Below, in pieces: positions 1 to 11,996 of a stretch of 64,000 nucleotides of DNA (positions within the stretch are counted from its first letter, which is position 1; every line of letters starts with the position of its first letter). The position numbers and the translations under genes were made by a program. A model generated the notes under the pieces. It ran no database searches. It had not been told where the DNA came from and saw only the letters and a list, made by a program, of their open reading frames with translations. The DNA is taken from the NCBI GenBank assembly GCA_016748015.1, contig JAAOMT010000034.1, positions 372,001 to 436,000 on the forward strand, in the 5' to 3' direction. Source of the stretch: Geosiphon pyriformis uo1. Taxonomy: Eukaryota; Fungi; Glomeromycota.

Positions 1-62
1 TCTTGATGATTTTCATTTTTGATATGGCTCTTATGAACCAGAAATACGTTGAACTTTCACAG

Positions 63-271
63 AAAATCAAGCTATCGATAGGGTTCATCGCATTGGCCAA
101 CAAAAGCCTGTGGAGGTCCATCGAATCATTATACCAAACACTATTGAGAAAAGAATTCTTGATCTTCAAGAAGCAAAACAACAATTAGCATCAAAGGTGC
201 TGGGAGAGGGAGGTACTGCACCTCTTGGTCGACTTGGGCTTCAAGATTTAATGTACCTCTTCCAGGGTTAA
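63..271 (+). CDS. Terminal exon of a SNF2-family (RAD5/RAD16/ULS1-like) helicase
   Basis: After acceptor-like tttcacag (61-62) the frame reads (E)[71 protein letters not shown](269-271). [11 protein letters not shown] is SNF2 helicase motif VI. Not in the ORF track, which shows a different frame. Confidence 0.85.
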
Positions 272-779
272 AGAGAAACTTCTTCAATGACAAATTATAA
301 TAAAAGGTCCACAGTATAAATATGCAAAGCTTATATATTTCAATTTAGGATTAATAATCTTAAGCCTAGGATTTATAATGAAAAAGTTCATTCTAAATAA
401 AATCATTTATAAATAAAATGTCTAAATTTTTTTTAGTAATTTTTGAGAAACTTTACTTATTGTGCTGCTGAAAATTTTTGTTGCTTATCAATAAATATTT
501 CACCATTCTTTTACTATGTATTTATTTATTTTCCAAATTTTCATTAAACCATTTTTGTAATGTTTACTATTAACAAAAAATGTGATTTTTAAGAATTTTT
601 TAAGAAAAATTAAATTCTTTTGGTTAATATATATTAATATATTATTTTAATGTAAAAAAATTGCCAATTGTTTTGTATTTTTGTTTTTGTTGCAAAATAT
701 TAAAATAACATAACAAAAAATCCAAGTTTTAAAATTTTTTTATTTTAAAATAAATATAACTTATGTATTTTCTATATAT

Positions 780-1480
780 TGTTATGGCTAAAAACCATAG
801 TTTTTATTAATTATCACATTTATTAGCCACTAATGTCACATAATTAGCCATTTTATTTTTAAATAATAATTATTGGCTTAATCAATAATTTGATTAATGA
901 CCTGATTATTAACTTAATTGTTAACTTGATTATTGACTACTTTTAATAACTATATAAGTAATAAATTTCTTAACTATAGAAAAATATAATCAAAGTAATA
1001 AAATAAAACCCACTATTAATTACTTTTTCTCATATTGCTTATTTTTTTTTCTTACTTTCAAGTATTTAAACATCTTGAAATAAAAGATTACTTGTTGATA
1101 TTTACATACTTTTCTCTTTTTTTCTTTTTAATTTATATTATTAAAATTAGTTTAAGAAATAATTGCTTGTTTTTGTAATTTATTAAATAAAAAAATAATT
1201 AAAAAGCACAACAATATCTGTTATTGATTCTAAAAATTACTGAATTAAGACATAAAATAATAATAGTAGTATTATCTTGTTAACAATTACAAACTATTCC
1301 TCTACCTTCAAATTTCTAAAAAAAATTTACAATTGTGATTTTTATAAAACTGATTACATATATTGAATTTTTATTTATTTAATTTACTCTCTTATTGTAA
1401 TTCACTCTTTAATTAATTTTATTAATCTACCATTTTATTTTTTCTTGTTATTTGTTAGCTTATTACTTTAACCTGTAATA
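780..1480 (+). mobile_element. Putative heavily decayed solo LTR
   Basis: Starts TGTTA and ends CCTGTAATA (compare CCTGTAACA at the end of the element D LTR). Flanked by ATAT on both sides (776-779, 1481-1484). Short 12-nt repeats near 901-937 and a TATA-like motif near 951. The AT-rich context weakens all of these signals. Confidence 0.4.
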
Positions 1481-1493
1481 ATATATTTAAATA

Positions 1494-2368
1494 ATTTTTT
1501 TTTTTAACGTTTAACGAGTAAAGTCCAAACACTGCCTAGTGCAATACATCATACAAATGATCTAAACTAGGTGTGAATCATGCACTTTCTACACATAACT
1601 AGTTACTTGGACCAATCAGAACAACACTATACACCTATATAAACAGAAACTATGTCACCTATGTCTGAAAAAAACAAATAAAACTTATGAAAACTGAAAC
1701 CAACACCAATTATCTCCACAACACCCAGTAATCCAACCACACCAGCTGACAGCACTGAAGAAAGCCTAAAAATCAAGATAGGAACAGATTTATTGCATGG
1801 AATAAGTCCATTTTTTTTCATAAAAGCACAGTGCTTGACACAAACCAACCAAATGTCTTCCCAAAAAGCAAGACTAAACTTATGCACAAAGACCACAATG
1901 TTTGACTTGCCATTTTAGAATCCTTGAAAACAGAAACAGATTCATGAAACCAATCCTTGAAAACAAAACTCTTGCACAAAGCAGTACTAACCAAAACATT
2001 GGATGTACAAGTGAACAACAGCTGTAAAACATCTGAGAAAAAATAACCCAGGCCAGATCGCACCTTCCAAGCTAATACATGAGTGTTCAATAACCAAGTA
2101 TGATTATCAGCATCAAACAAACAAAAAAAAACATGGTCCGAAACTTTGACATCACCACAAAACAAACACACCACACTAGAGTAACTTTTATCATAAAGCC
2201 ATTTATGCATGACAACAGAAAGCCAATAATGCAATGTCTTCATAAAATATGTCCAGAAACCAGCAGTCTACTTACTAGTGAAGCCAGCAGCCATGTAAGA
2301 ATCTGGATGCCATACTAATGATGATCTAAACCAATCAATATCTGCATGCAGACTATCCACCACCATCT
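1494..2368 (-). mobile_element. 5'-truncated LINE fragment (ORF2 C-terminus, 3' UTR, poly-A)
   Basis: Encodes ...CLFCGDVKVSDHVFFC...SVYIGV-stop, homologous to the end of ORF2 at 4558-5230. Same 3' UTR, with a T run at 1494-1505. Confidence 0.9.
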
Positions 2369-2499
2369 GTTTAAATATAAATTCAATTTATATTAAAAAA
2401 AATTTATTTTAAGAAAATATCTTATATATATAAATAATTAATATATAATTATTTTTAATAATATTATTAATATTTGATTTATTATTAGACATCTATATC

Positions 2500-3060
2500 T
2501 AATATTTTTTTGGCTTTGTCTACAGTTTTTTAGGATTTGGTTTTTTGTGTTTCTGATATAAGTTTATATATAACATTATAAAAAAATTTGGTGCTTGAAA
2601 ATTAATTGGTGGAAACAAAATTTTTTCTTGAAAGCATTAGTAATGCTGCTGCTAAGTTAGTTAATCTTGTTTAGAGTTTGGTTGTCAGATATAAAAAAAG
2701 AATTTAATTGCTTAATTTAAGACTACAAACTAATATAAATTGTAAAGATTTGTTGATTAAGAATTGTTTTTTATTTAATGTTATTTATGATCTTCCTATT
2801 AAGATTTAGATGATATTATTTGATTGCTTAGAATTGAATAAGATTGTTTAATTGGCTTTGGTTTAAAAATGGGTCATTTGTTCTTTGCTAATATAACTAG
2901 AAGTATTATTATTAATATAATTATGTAGTATAGCTTTAATTGGCTAGATGGCTGGTTACATGTAGTAAATATGTAATTTACATTTAATTTAGAACTTTTG
3001 GTAGTTGTATTATATTAGATAGTGAATGGACTTAACTCATAAATGCAAATAAAAAAAAAA
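2500..3060 (+). mobile_element. Highly degenerate LINE 3' fragment
   Basis: tggctagatggctggttacatgtagtaaatatgt matches the LINE 3' UTR at 44073-44110. Poly-A at 3051-3060. Upstream decayed reading CVSDISLYITL.KNLVLEN resembles the ORF2 C-terminus. The 5' boundary is approximate. Confidence 0.7.
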
Positions 3061-4414
3061 GATTTATTATTTTTTTGTTTAAATTATTAACAAATTTTTC
3101 AAAAATAATAATAAATTATTTAATTATAAAATTTTTATTTTATTTTAATATTTAAAAAAAAATATTAATCAATTTTATAATTAAAAAAATTAAACTATTA
3201 AATTTAATAATAAATTTGACCAATAAAGTTAATTTAATTAATTTAAATTTCAAAAAGTTAACTTAAAATTAATTGTAAAATTAATAAAAATAATAGTAGC
3301 AAAAAAACCAAAAAACAGCAATTTTAATATATAATTTAACAACAATAAAATAAATTTTTTTTAGACTAAATTAAATTTAATTTGTTGTAAAAATTATAAA
3401 AAATTTAATTATTGTATTATAATATAATTTTTTTATTTTTTTTAATAATTTATTTAAAAAGTTTTTTAAATAAGTATTTTTAAAAAAAATTGTTTTTAAA
3501 TAATAAATTTTGAATTTAAATAGTGTTTTTTAGTTAAATATTTAATAATAATAATAAATAAGTATTATTTTTATTTAAAACTTTTTTTAATAATATTTTT
3601 TTATTAACAATTTTATATTTAAATAAGTTAAAAAAAATTCAAAGTTTTTTTTTTAAATTTTTAAATATTAAATATTTTGTATTTTATATTTTTTTTAAAA
3701 AAATCTGACTTTAATTTAATTTTAATCGATTTTTAAAAAAATTATTAATATATTATCTATAAATTTTAATATTTTTATATATATTATTTTTTAATTAAAT
3801 AGTTTTAAAGTAAATATTTCCAAGTTTTTAAGCTTTGTTATTGCAATAATACTAAGATTAAATAAGATGTTTTTTAAGAATAAATTAAGTTTATATAATT
3901 TTTAATAATTAATTTAATTTATATATAATATAAAAAGAATAAACAATTTTGCCAAGCAAAAAAACATTATAAAATAGCACAAAAAATTTAACAATTTAAT
4001 ATTTATTATAATTAAAACAAAATTAAAGAATCAAATCAAATCTTAAATTAAAAATAAGTTTGTTAATTTAAAAATTTTTGTATTAATTTAAATTTTAATT
4101 ATATAAGTTTTGATATAATAATTATTATAAACATTAATTTGGTTAAACATATAAACAAAATTATTAAAATAATTAAATAATTTTTGTTAATTAAATTATT
4201 GTTAAAAAATAAGTTTTTTGACTTAGTTTTGGCTTTTTATATTAATATTTTTCTGGAAAAAAAGTTTGTTTAAATTAATATTATCAACTTTTTAATAATT
4301 AAAACTGTAAATAAAAGTTCTTTATGATTTTGAAAAGTAATTTTAATAAAAATAATATTAAAAAAAATATTAATTTTAAAAAATATTCTGATTTTAGTTT
4401 GATCAAATTTTTAA
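3061..4414. other. Extremely AT-rich non-coding tract (similar tracts at about 11190-11880, 14330-15800, 57990-58745)
   Basis: Almost no G/C, no ORFs, no clear periodicity. Confidence 0.7.
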
Positions 4415-4557
4415 TAGTATTATTTTTTTATTTTTTTTATTTTAACAAGTGAGGTCCAAATGTGATCTAGTGCTATATATCATACACATGATCTAAACTA
4501 AGTGCGAATCATGCGCTTTCTACACGTGACCAGCCACTCAGGCCAGTCAGGACTACA

Positions 4558-7500
4558 CTATACACCTATATGCACAGAAACTGGATCTCCAATACCTGAA
4601 AAAAATGGACAAAACTTACGAAATCCGAAACCAACTCCAAAAGCCTCAGCCACTCCCAGCAATCTGACCACACCAGCCGAAAACACCATAGGCAAACCAG
4701 AAACTGAAGCAGGAGCGGAGCCATCACGTGGAATCAAACCATGTCTTTCCATAAACACTCGGTGTCTGGCCCAAACCAACCAAACATCATCCCGAAATGC
4801 TAGACAAAATCCACGCACAAAGCTTACAATCCTCTTAGCACCTTCCTTAGAATCTTTAAAGACTGAAACAGACTCATGAAATCATTCATCAAAAACAAAG
4901 CCCTTACACAAAGCAACACCAACTCCAACCTCAGAAACACAAGAAGCCAAGACCTGTAAGACACATGAAAAAGAGCGAGAAAGACCAGAAAGAGTCTCCC
5001 AAGCCGAAACATGTGTGCCCAACAAATGAGCACAGCCAATAGCGTCCTGAGGACATGAAAAAACATGATCCGAGGTCTCAATGTTACCACAAAACAGACA
5101 GACCACACTGGGATATCTTCTATCATATAAACGCTTGTGCACTGCAACAGAAAGCTGATGATGGAGAGCCTTCATAAAGTAAGTACAACAGCCTGCTGTG
5201 TGCATGCTGGTAAAACTGGATGCCAAATGAGAATTGGGGTGTCACACCATAAAAGACTTAGACCAATTGATATCAGTGCGTAAACTATCATCCACAACAC
5301 GAGAACCAACTCCAATCTCCCAACAAGCTTGATGAACTGACTGGAAAACATCACAAACAAAGTGTCTAGAGTTACCAGAAACTGCCATACCATTAGCACA
5401 TAGAAAATGTTCACTAACTAAATGAGGTAGGTGCCAAGCAGAAAGAGCAGTGCCTTTGGCAAGCATATCAGCATGCTCATTGCCTGAGACACCTGAATGA
5501 CCTTTCACCTTAACCCAATTTACATCCAAATTCTTTTGATGAATGACGGTAGCAATGTGACGATGCTCGATCCAACAGTGGTTCCTGAAATCCAGACGAG
5601 CCAGCAAAGACTCTGACCTACATGCATCCAAAGCAGCCTGGCTATCCAAGAACAAGTCAATTGAATGAGAAAAGGAAACACACTCAAGGGCCAAAGCTAT
5701 GGCTTGCAGTTCAGTCAGAGTAGAAGAAACCAAACCAGACATCCCAACACCCAAACCCAAGTTAATGTTCTCAAAAAAAATGGCAGCACCTGCTCTCATG
5801 TCAACAGTGCCCAGACCAGAAAGAGATCCATCCGTATACACAGAAAGGCAGACAGCATCAATGGTCAGCAAAGTGTCACAAATCACACCAAAATCACGAG
5901 AAAGACAAATATCAGACACAGCATGACCATCCACCAAAGAAGAACTTGAGGAGAGAGGCACAACGCTACCAAGAAAGTGAACGGAAAGATTAAACCAGAA
6001 AGAGACTGGGCCACGAGGGTCCAGCCTCTTCCAGCGCCTGAAGGTCCCCCAACTGAAAACATCACCATTACAGTCACGAAGCTGTTCCATGAAAGCAACT
6101 CCATAACGCCTGAGCGAAGAGACGTACTTGAAAAAACAGGATTCACCAAGAACCAAAGACATAGGAGTACTGCGCCGATGACAAAAAGCACAAGCTAGAG
6201 GGCCTCCCAAAGACAAATCACACTCAGAAAAAATGCGAACCACACCTGCCAAAAAATTATCCGAGAGACTGATACCAACACGAGCCAGAAACAGCAAGAG
6301 ATGATGAGGATGCCAGCTGAGAACCTGGAGGTCATGAGACCTATGAAAAAACAAGCAACCCAAGACACTAGTAGAATTTGCAAAAGCAACAATGGAGGCC
6401 GATTTACTCTCAGCCTAGATCTGTTCGAAAGTTTTTAAATTGTACAAAGAGGGGTGATGAAGTGCATTACTGGGAAAATCACGTGGCAATCCAGACTTGG
6501 ACTTTAAGACTTTGTGTACCAAAGCATCTTATTTATTACAAACACCAACAGAAACGAAACTGAACTGAATCCTGTAGCTGACAATAGGGAAAAGAACTGC
6601 AGACACCAAATATGCATACTGTTTGTCCGAAATCGCCTTTCTCAAAACAAGATTCACAAAAAACCATACATCAGTCTGAGCTTTAGCCAAGCTAGGCTTC
6701 GAAAGACCCTCAGAAAACAAAAAAATACCCAAATAATGATGAGATTCCCCTCTCTTGGCAATGAAAATAGGCGCACCACTAATAGTTAAATGAAGATCCA
6801 GCATCCGGCAATTGATGGGGATGGCCACCATTTTGTTATTGTTTACAAAAATATCGTTAAACTTAAAAAACTCACTAGCAACATCAAGGATGCGTTGTGT
6901 AGCAGCCTGGCTGCTACCAATCCAAATAGTATCATTGACAAAAGCGCCGGCAGCAAGAAACGAAGACAGTCCAGCTTGAGGATTCACCTGGCCGGTTCTT
7001 GATATGAAATTAGAATTCAATCTGTAGCCATACACACTATCCTGTCTTTTGACCTCACACAAAAGTGAATCATAAAAAATACGCCAGAGAAGAGGCGAGA
7101 AGACTTCTCCTTGATCCAGCCCATCGTGGACACAATACCCATCAGTCAAGCCAAAGTCAGTCATCACTCTGTTGACGCGACCATTGTGAATACTGCCAAA
7201 AAATCTAATAAACTTGTTACACATTTTGATCCTAACTAGACTCCTCCTAAGATGTTCCCAACCCACCAAGTCATAAGCCTTGTGCATGTTCTGTAAAACC
7301 AGCCAAAGTTCACGGTTCTTCTCCAAGGCATCCTCAACCACAGAACTGATAGCAAAAATAGGAGACTGCATTGTCGTACCCTTCAAAACCAAAAAATTGT
7401 CCCCATGAAGAACATCAAAAGTGCTGCAAGCCAGAGAGATCCTATCTGAAAAGATCTTGGAGAGAATTTTGTGGGCCATTTTAATTAAAGCTATAGGATG

Positions 7501-9246
7501 GGTGTTTGTGAGAACACCTTCCCATTCATACAGTTTAGGAATCATCGAAACCCAAGCTTCTCTTCAAGGCCCAGAGACTGACTCGCCAACCAAACAGAAA
7601 TTCAAGAACACCAAAAGCATATCCAAAACAGATTTGTCACAATATTTTCATAATTTGTTAGAGATACCAGAAAGACCAGCCACTTTTCTATCAGGAAGAT
7701 CCTTAACAACAGTTGACAACTCATTAAAATTAATCGAACACATGACATCAGAGAAAGCACCATCGAACATGTAATCCAGAGGCCAATATTGACAAGCCCG
7801 ATCCTCAGACAAGTCAGACACCACCTCACGTTTTCTGATCCATCCCTCTATAATTTTGTCCACCTTAGACTTAACCAACACAGGCTCTAAAATCAACTCA
7901 TCTTTTACAACCAAATGATCCAGGACCACCTTGTGAAAAGGACGCTCCAAAACACTTCTAATGGTGTGACTCTTGTTCAGCTCAAAACTCTCCATTCTCT
8001 TACCAATAGCCTGCTTGATCAAGGATTTCTCAGCGTGCTTGGATTCCACTAATTTGAAGGAGCGGTATGATTTTCTTGCTTTGGCCAGCGCAGAATGAAT
8101 AAGATCAAAATTAGAACCTGAAAGAAACAGAGACTTAACCGCCGATGCACCAGGGAAGTTGAGTCTGTGCCACACCTCCAACAAAGAAGCAAAACCATCA
8201 CTAGAAGCCAAACGCGAAGCCTTGACCAACTTAGAAACCAGCAGCTCCAGCTTGTGAAACTTAGAAGAAGTCTTGGTAAACACGCCATCAAAACCTTTGA
8301 ACCATTTTTTTTTAAATGTACCACCCTCTGAAAGAACCATAATCTTGCGAACAATGTCTCACATAGCGTCCACGTCAGAAAATCTTACTGCCACACCAAA
8401 AGCATCCGAGAACATAGAGACATTAGCAGCTGAAGCATCCCTAAACTCCAACCACTTAGCTTTACTGGCACTATTGACGTCAAACTTCCAATGGTCTTTA
8501 TTCACTTGCTTGCGAAGAGAATTCAAATGCATATCCAAGAGCCTGCCCAAACCCAAATCCACTGAAACAGCTTGATGGTCCATGTCAAAATGCTCACTGA
8601 CATTCAAAACTTTACGAAGCACTATCATATTGACAAGATTCAAAGAGACAAACACGTAATTAATTGTTTTCTTAACACCCCTAGAATTTTCCCAAGTAGG
8701 TATTTTTGCAGCTGGACTACCAACTAAAGAATTGACCAGACCCAAATCAAAGCATCTTTTGAAACTCGCACTTTTATGAGAGCTGTCTTCATTGAAATCG
8801 CCACCGAGAATGATGAAAGAAGATTCGTTGACAGCCTTTGCAATGAGAGAATTGATCTCACCAGCCTGAGAGAACCGAACCACTGAAGAAGCACCAGCAT
8901 AAAGCCCCAAAATTGACACAGAAAGTTTACCCTCAAAAAGTAATTTAATGGAAAGGAGCCGACCAGGCACCTCAGAAACCTTGCACACATGATGAGCCAA
9001 AGAAACGTCCATGATAACAGCAACACTCACACCCAAGTGCCTAGAGTCCAAACCAGAAGTGAATACTCGGACACCATTGAACTTGTCTGCAATCCATGAA
9101 CGAACCCTACTTCTTAATTTTGTTTTAGTAACAATAGAGACCAAATTGTTCATTTCCTTATGCCACCTAATAATGTCTTCTTGCTTAGTGGGATTGTTCA
9201 TGCCTCTGACGTTGCATGTAGCAACCTTCCAGACTAAACTGCTCAT
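4558..9246 (-). pseudogene. LINE ORF2: AP endonuclease, reverse transcriptase, RNase H, C-terminal CCHC
   Basis: APE motifs ATCNVRGMN, GGDFNE, MDHQAV. RT motifs KAYD, GLDQGEVFSP, AFVND (FVDD in other copies), YLGI. RNase H motifs VYTDGS, ELQAI, DSQAA, WVKVKGHSGVSGNEHAD. Zinc motif CLFC...HVFSC. Several in-frame stops. Confidence 0.93.
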
Positions 9247-11027
9247 TGGGTGAGAGGTAGAGACACCAAAAGCGCACCTAAACTATCCACTTTGGCCGAA
9301 AGGCCCAAGACCGTCTCTATTAGACACTTCATGCTGTCTTCCAGCTTAGACACTGAAAACACATCAAAAGACACCACTCTCGCAACATTCCCACCACTAG
9401 TGGACACACTTGAACCCTCACTTATCACTACATCTGCCCCTTGATCCTGTGATGAAAGGGTCACCAATGGCTGACATCCAGGGCTAGGCTGGAGAACCAT
9501 TGGCCCAAGTGCATCCAACCTCTTAGCCAGCTCACCAACTTGCTCCACAAGGCTGGCGAGACTGTGCTCAAGAGCGGCGAACCTATCATTGACTTCCATT
9601 GCTATCTGTAAGAACGGCTTCATCTTTGAAGAGAAGCCATTATTCACCACAACGTTCTGACCAGAGAGGGGGGGCAAAGAACACCTGCGAGCAACCTTTG
9701 CCCAAAAGAGACCACCAAAAGAGACCAGACGGGCAACTGGAGCCGAGCATTTGGCATAGATGATTGCTAGCCTGCTTTTATCCGTATCCAAGAAAACCCT
9801 ATGCAGCGAACTACTAGAAGATAATTTCCCACCAACTGCACAACCCAATGACGTGTGACCCAATTTCTCACACTTGGCGCATTTAGTAGAAATGAGGCAA
9901 GACCAGTGGAGATTGGTGTTCCTGAGTACTGGCGTGGTTCCCATAGCAGCATTCAATGATTCAGCAGAGTTGAAACAAACAATAGCACACCTGGCCTGAG
10001 CATACGTAACAGAATAATGATCAATGACGCAAGTTTTCCCACCCACAGATCTAACAAAGTCCCAGATATCATGAGCAGTGGTCCCCATCGGCAATGTGTA
10101 AAGCAGCGCCTTATGTTGGTCCCTTACATCCCACACTTCCTTGTCTGAATTAGCCCTAGCCACATGTACAGCATCTTTTCTGATTAAGATGGACCACTCA
10201 GCTGCGGCCAAATCAGTTTGATCCAATCGTTCGAATTCCACCATCGCCTTCTGCCACAGCCCGATCAACTGCATCTTGATTGCCTTAATAACTCCAAACT
10301 CAGATAGTGCAGCATGCACAGCCTCAGCCAATGTTTCAACTGGAATTTCTTTCATGACCACAGCCCGATCTGATCACCCAGATGATCTTTTAAGATCAGT
10401 GTTTACCATGATATTCACACCAGTAGCCTTTTCGGTGGCCTTCATTAGACCTGATTCGGAAGTGAATGTTGCTCTGATGATCCCTGAGAATTTTGAGGGG
10501 GTAGACGCCCTTCCAAAACCATTAATTCCAGAAAATAAACTTCTGATCTTCTTGAGCTTCTCCTGGGCCAAATTTCCTTCTACTGCTTTCAGATCTAAAT
10601 CCAAAGCAAATAACTTCCTAACCAAAACATTGACCAGGTTCTTAAGAGGAAGGGGAAGCACCAGAGGGGCATTCAGAAGAACATCATCATTATTATTGTC
10701 ATCCAGGAAGTCGATTTTTCCCAAAGGTTTTCTCAATGCTTTCCTAGTTGTCAACCACGAACCTTTCGGCAAATCCCCACCAACGAGCGCACCATCTTCA
10801 CCATAATCAAAACTTGTCTCTTCAACAAGACATTCCTCTTCCATATCAACACTGTCAGATTCTGTGATATCACCAGTCTCCGAACCCCATGAACGACTAC
10901 TATGCACCCTAGCAGAACCTTCTTCAGCACCAGCATTGTCCTCAAGAACACCGCTTCTTCTCTTTTTTCTTGACAGAACAGCCTTGAAACCACCCTCAGA
11001 GCCAGAACTTTTAACCGTCTGTTTCAT
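9243..11027 (-). pseudogene. LINE ORF1 (gag-like nucleic-acid-binding protein)
   Basis: MKQTVKSS... with one in-frame TGA at 10374-10376. CCHC knuckle CAKCEKLGHTSLGC and a coiled-coil-like C-terminus. The stop overlaps the ORF2 ATG. Confidence 0.85.
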
Positions 11028-11996
11028 GACAGCAATATTAGGGCCAACAACAGCCTCATAATCAAGCAGAAATGGTTTGGATTTATTATACTGAATGGTA
11101 GAAAACTTCTTCCAAAAAACTTTTGACTCTTTTTTTTTAGGATTTGTGGAGGAACGAAAGAAAGAAGAATTCTGATTAGTATTATAATTAAGACAAAAAC
11201 ATAAAACAATTTAAAAAAATTTGTTAAAATAATTATTTATGTTTTTGTATTTATTTTATTTATAAATACTATAATTAATCAAAATATTTTTAATATAAAC
11301 AATTTTTTTAATACCAATTACAAAACTATTTTTGTTTTAATAAGTTAAATATTTGATTAAATGTTCAATTAAATTTTTTATAAAAATAAATAAAAAAAAA
11401 CTTTTTTTAGTTTTGTTTTTGGTTAATTTTTGACAAAATTACTTAAAACAATTAGTTTTTAAATAAAAACTTAATAGTATAAAAATATAAAATTGAATAA
11501 ACAAAAAATTAAAAGAAAAAAATTTATTTTTGTATAATATAAGGAACAATAGAATTACCACAAAGTTCTTTAGAGTAAAATTGGTTAAATTAAATTAAAA
11601 AATAAGTACTATTTTAAAAAAGATAAATAAATAATATTGTTTTTTTAAAATTATTGTATATATAAATAATACAAAAACTTTAAACTTTAACCTTAAAAAA
11701 AATCTATTTTGTATTAGTGTAAATAGTTAAATACATAACAAATGATTGTAATTATTTTAATCGATTATTATTTAGTTATAAAAAACAATGTAACAATAAA
11801 ATGATATTTTTTCTTAAAGGTCTTTAGGAGTAATAAGATTTTTATATTGTTTTTATTTAATTTGTGTTTTAATAGCAATTATTTTTCTTTAGATAAGTCT
11901 ATAGCTATGATACATAAGGATAATTAATACTCTTGGGCGAAGTTATAGAAAGTGTAAAATCAATCTCGCGAAAATCCAATTTCATTCTCATTTTGA

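Larger units (their letters stand above)
4424..11176 (-). mobile_element. Near full-length non-LTR retrotransposon (LINE) with ORF1 and APE-RT-RNaseH-CCHC ORF2; inactivated
   Basis: Two-ORF layout and A-rich tail (T runs at 4424-4443). Candidate 9-bp TSD TAGTATTAT at 4415-4423 and 11177-11185. Confidence 0.95.

Noticed and set aside
3-188. 61-aa ORF in the track
   Set aside because: Wrong frame; the overlapping frame carries the SNF2 motif VI exon.
1494-3060. Twin-priming inversion joining the two opposed LINE fragments
   Set aside because: Both pieces are 3' ends with their own poly-A and differ greatly in decay, so they are independent insertions.
4490-4555. Hammerhead ribozyme in the LINE 3' UTR (CTGA...GAAA)
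   Set aside because: The core reads CTGAGTG rather than CTGANGA, CTGA is not conserved in other copies, and no three-stem junction could be drawn.
4502-11061. Many plus-strand ORFs antisense to the LINE (e.g. 4502-4879, 10276-10806)
   Set aside because: Shadow frames of a GC-richer coding strand; no motifs and not preserved in other LINE copies.
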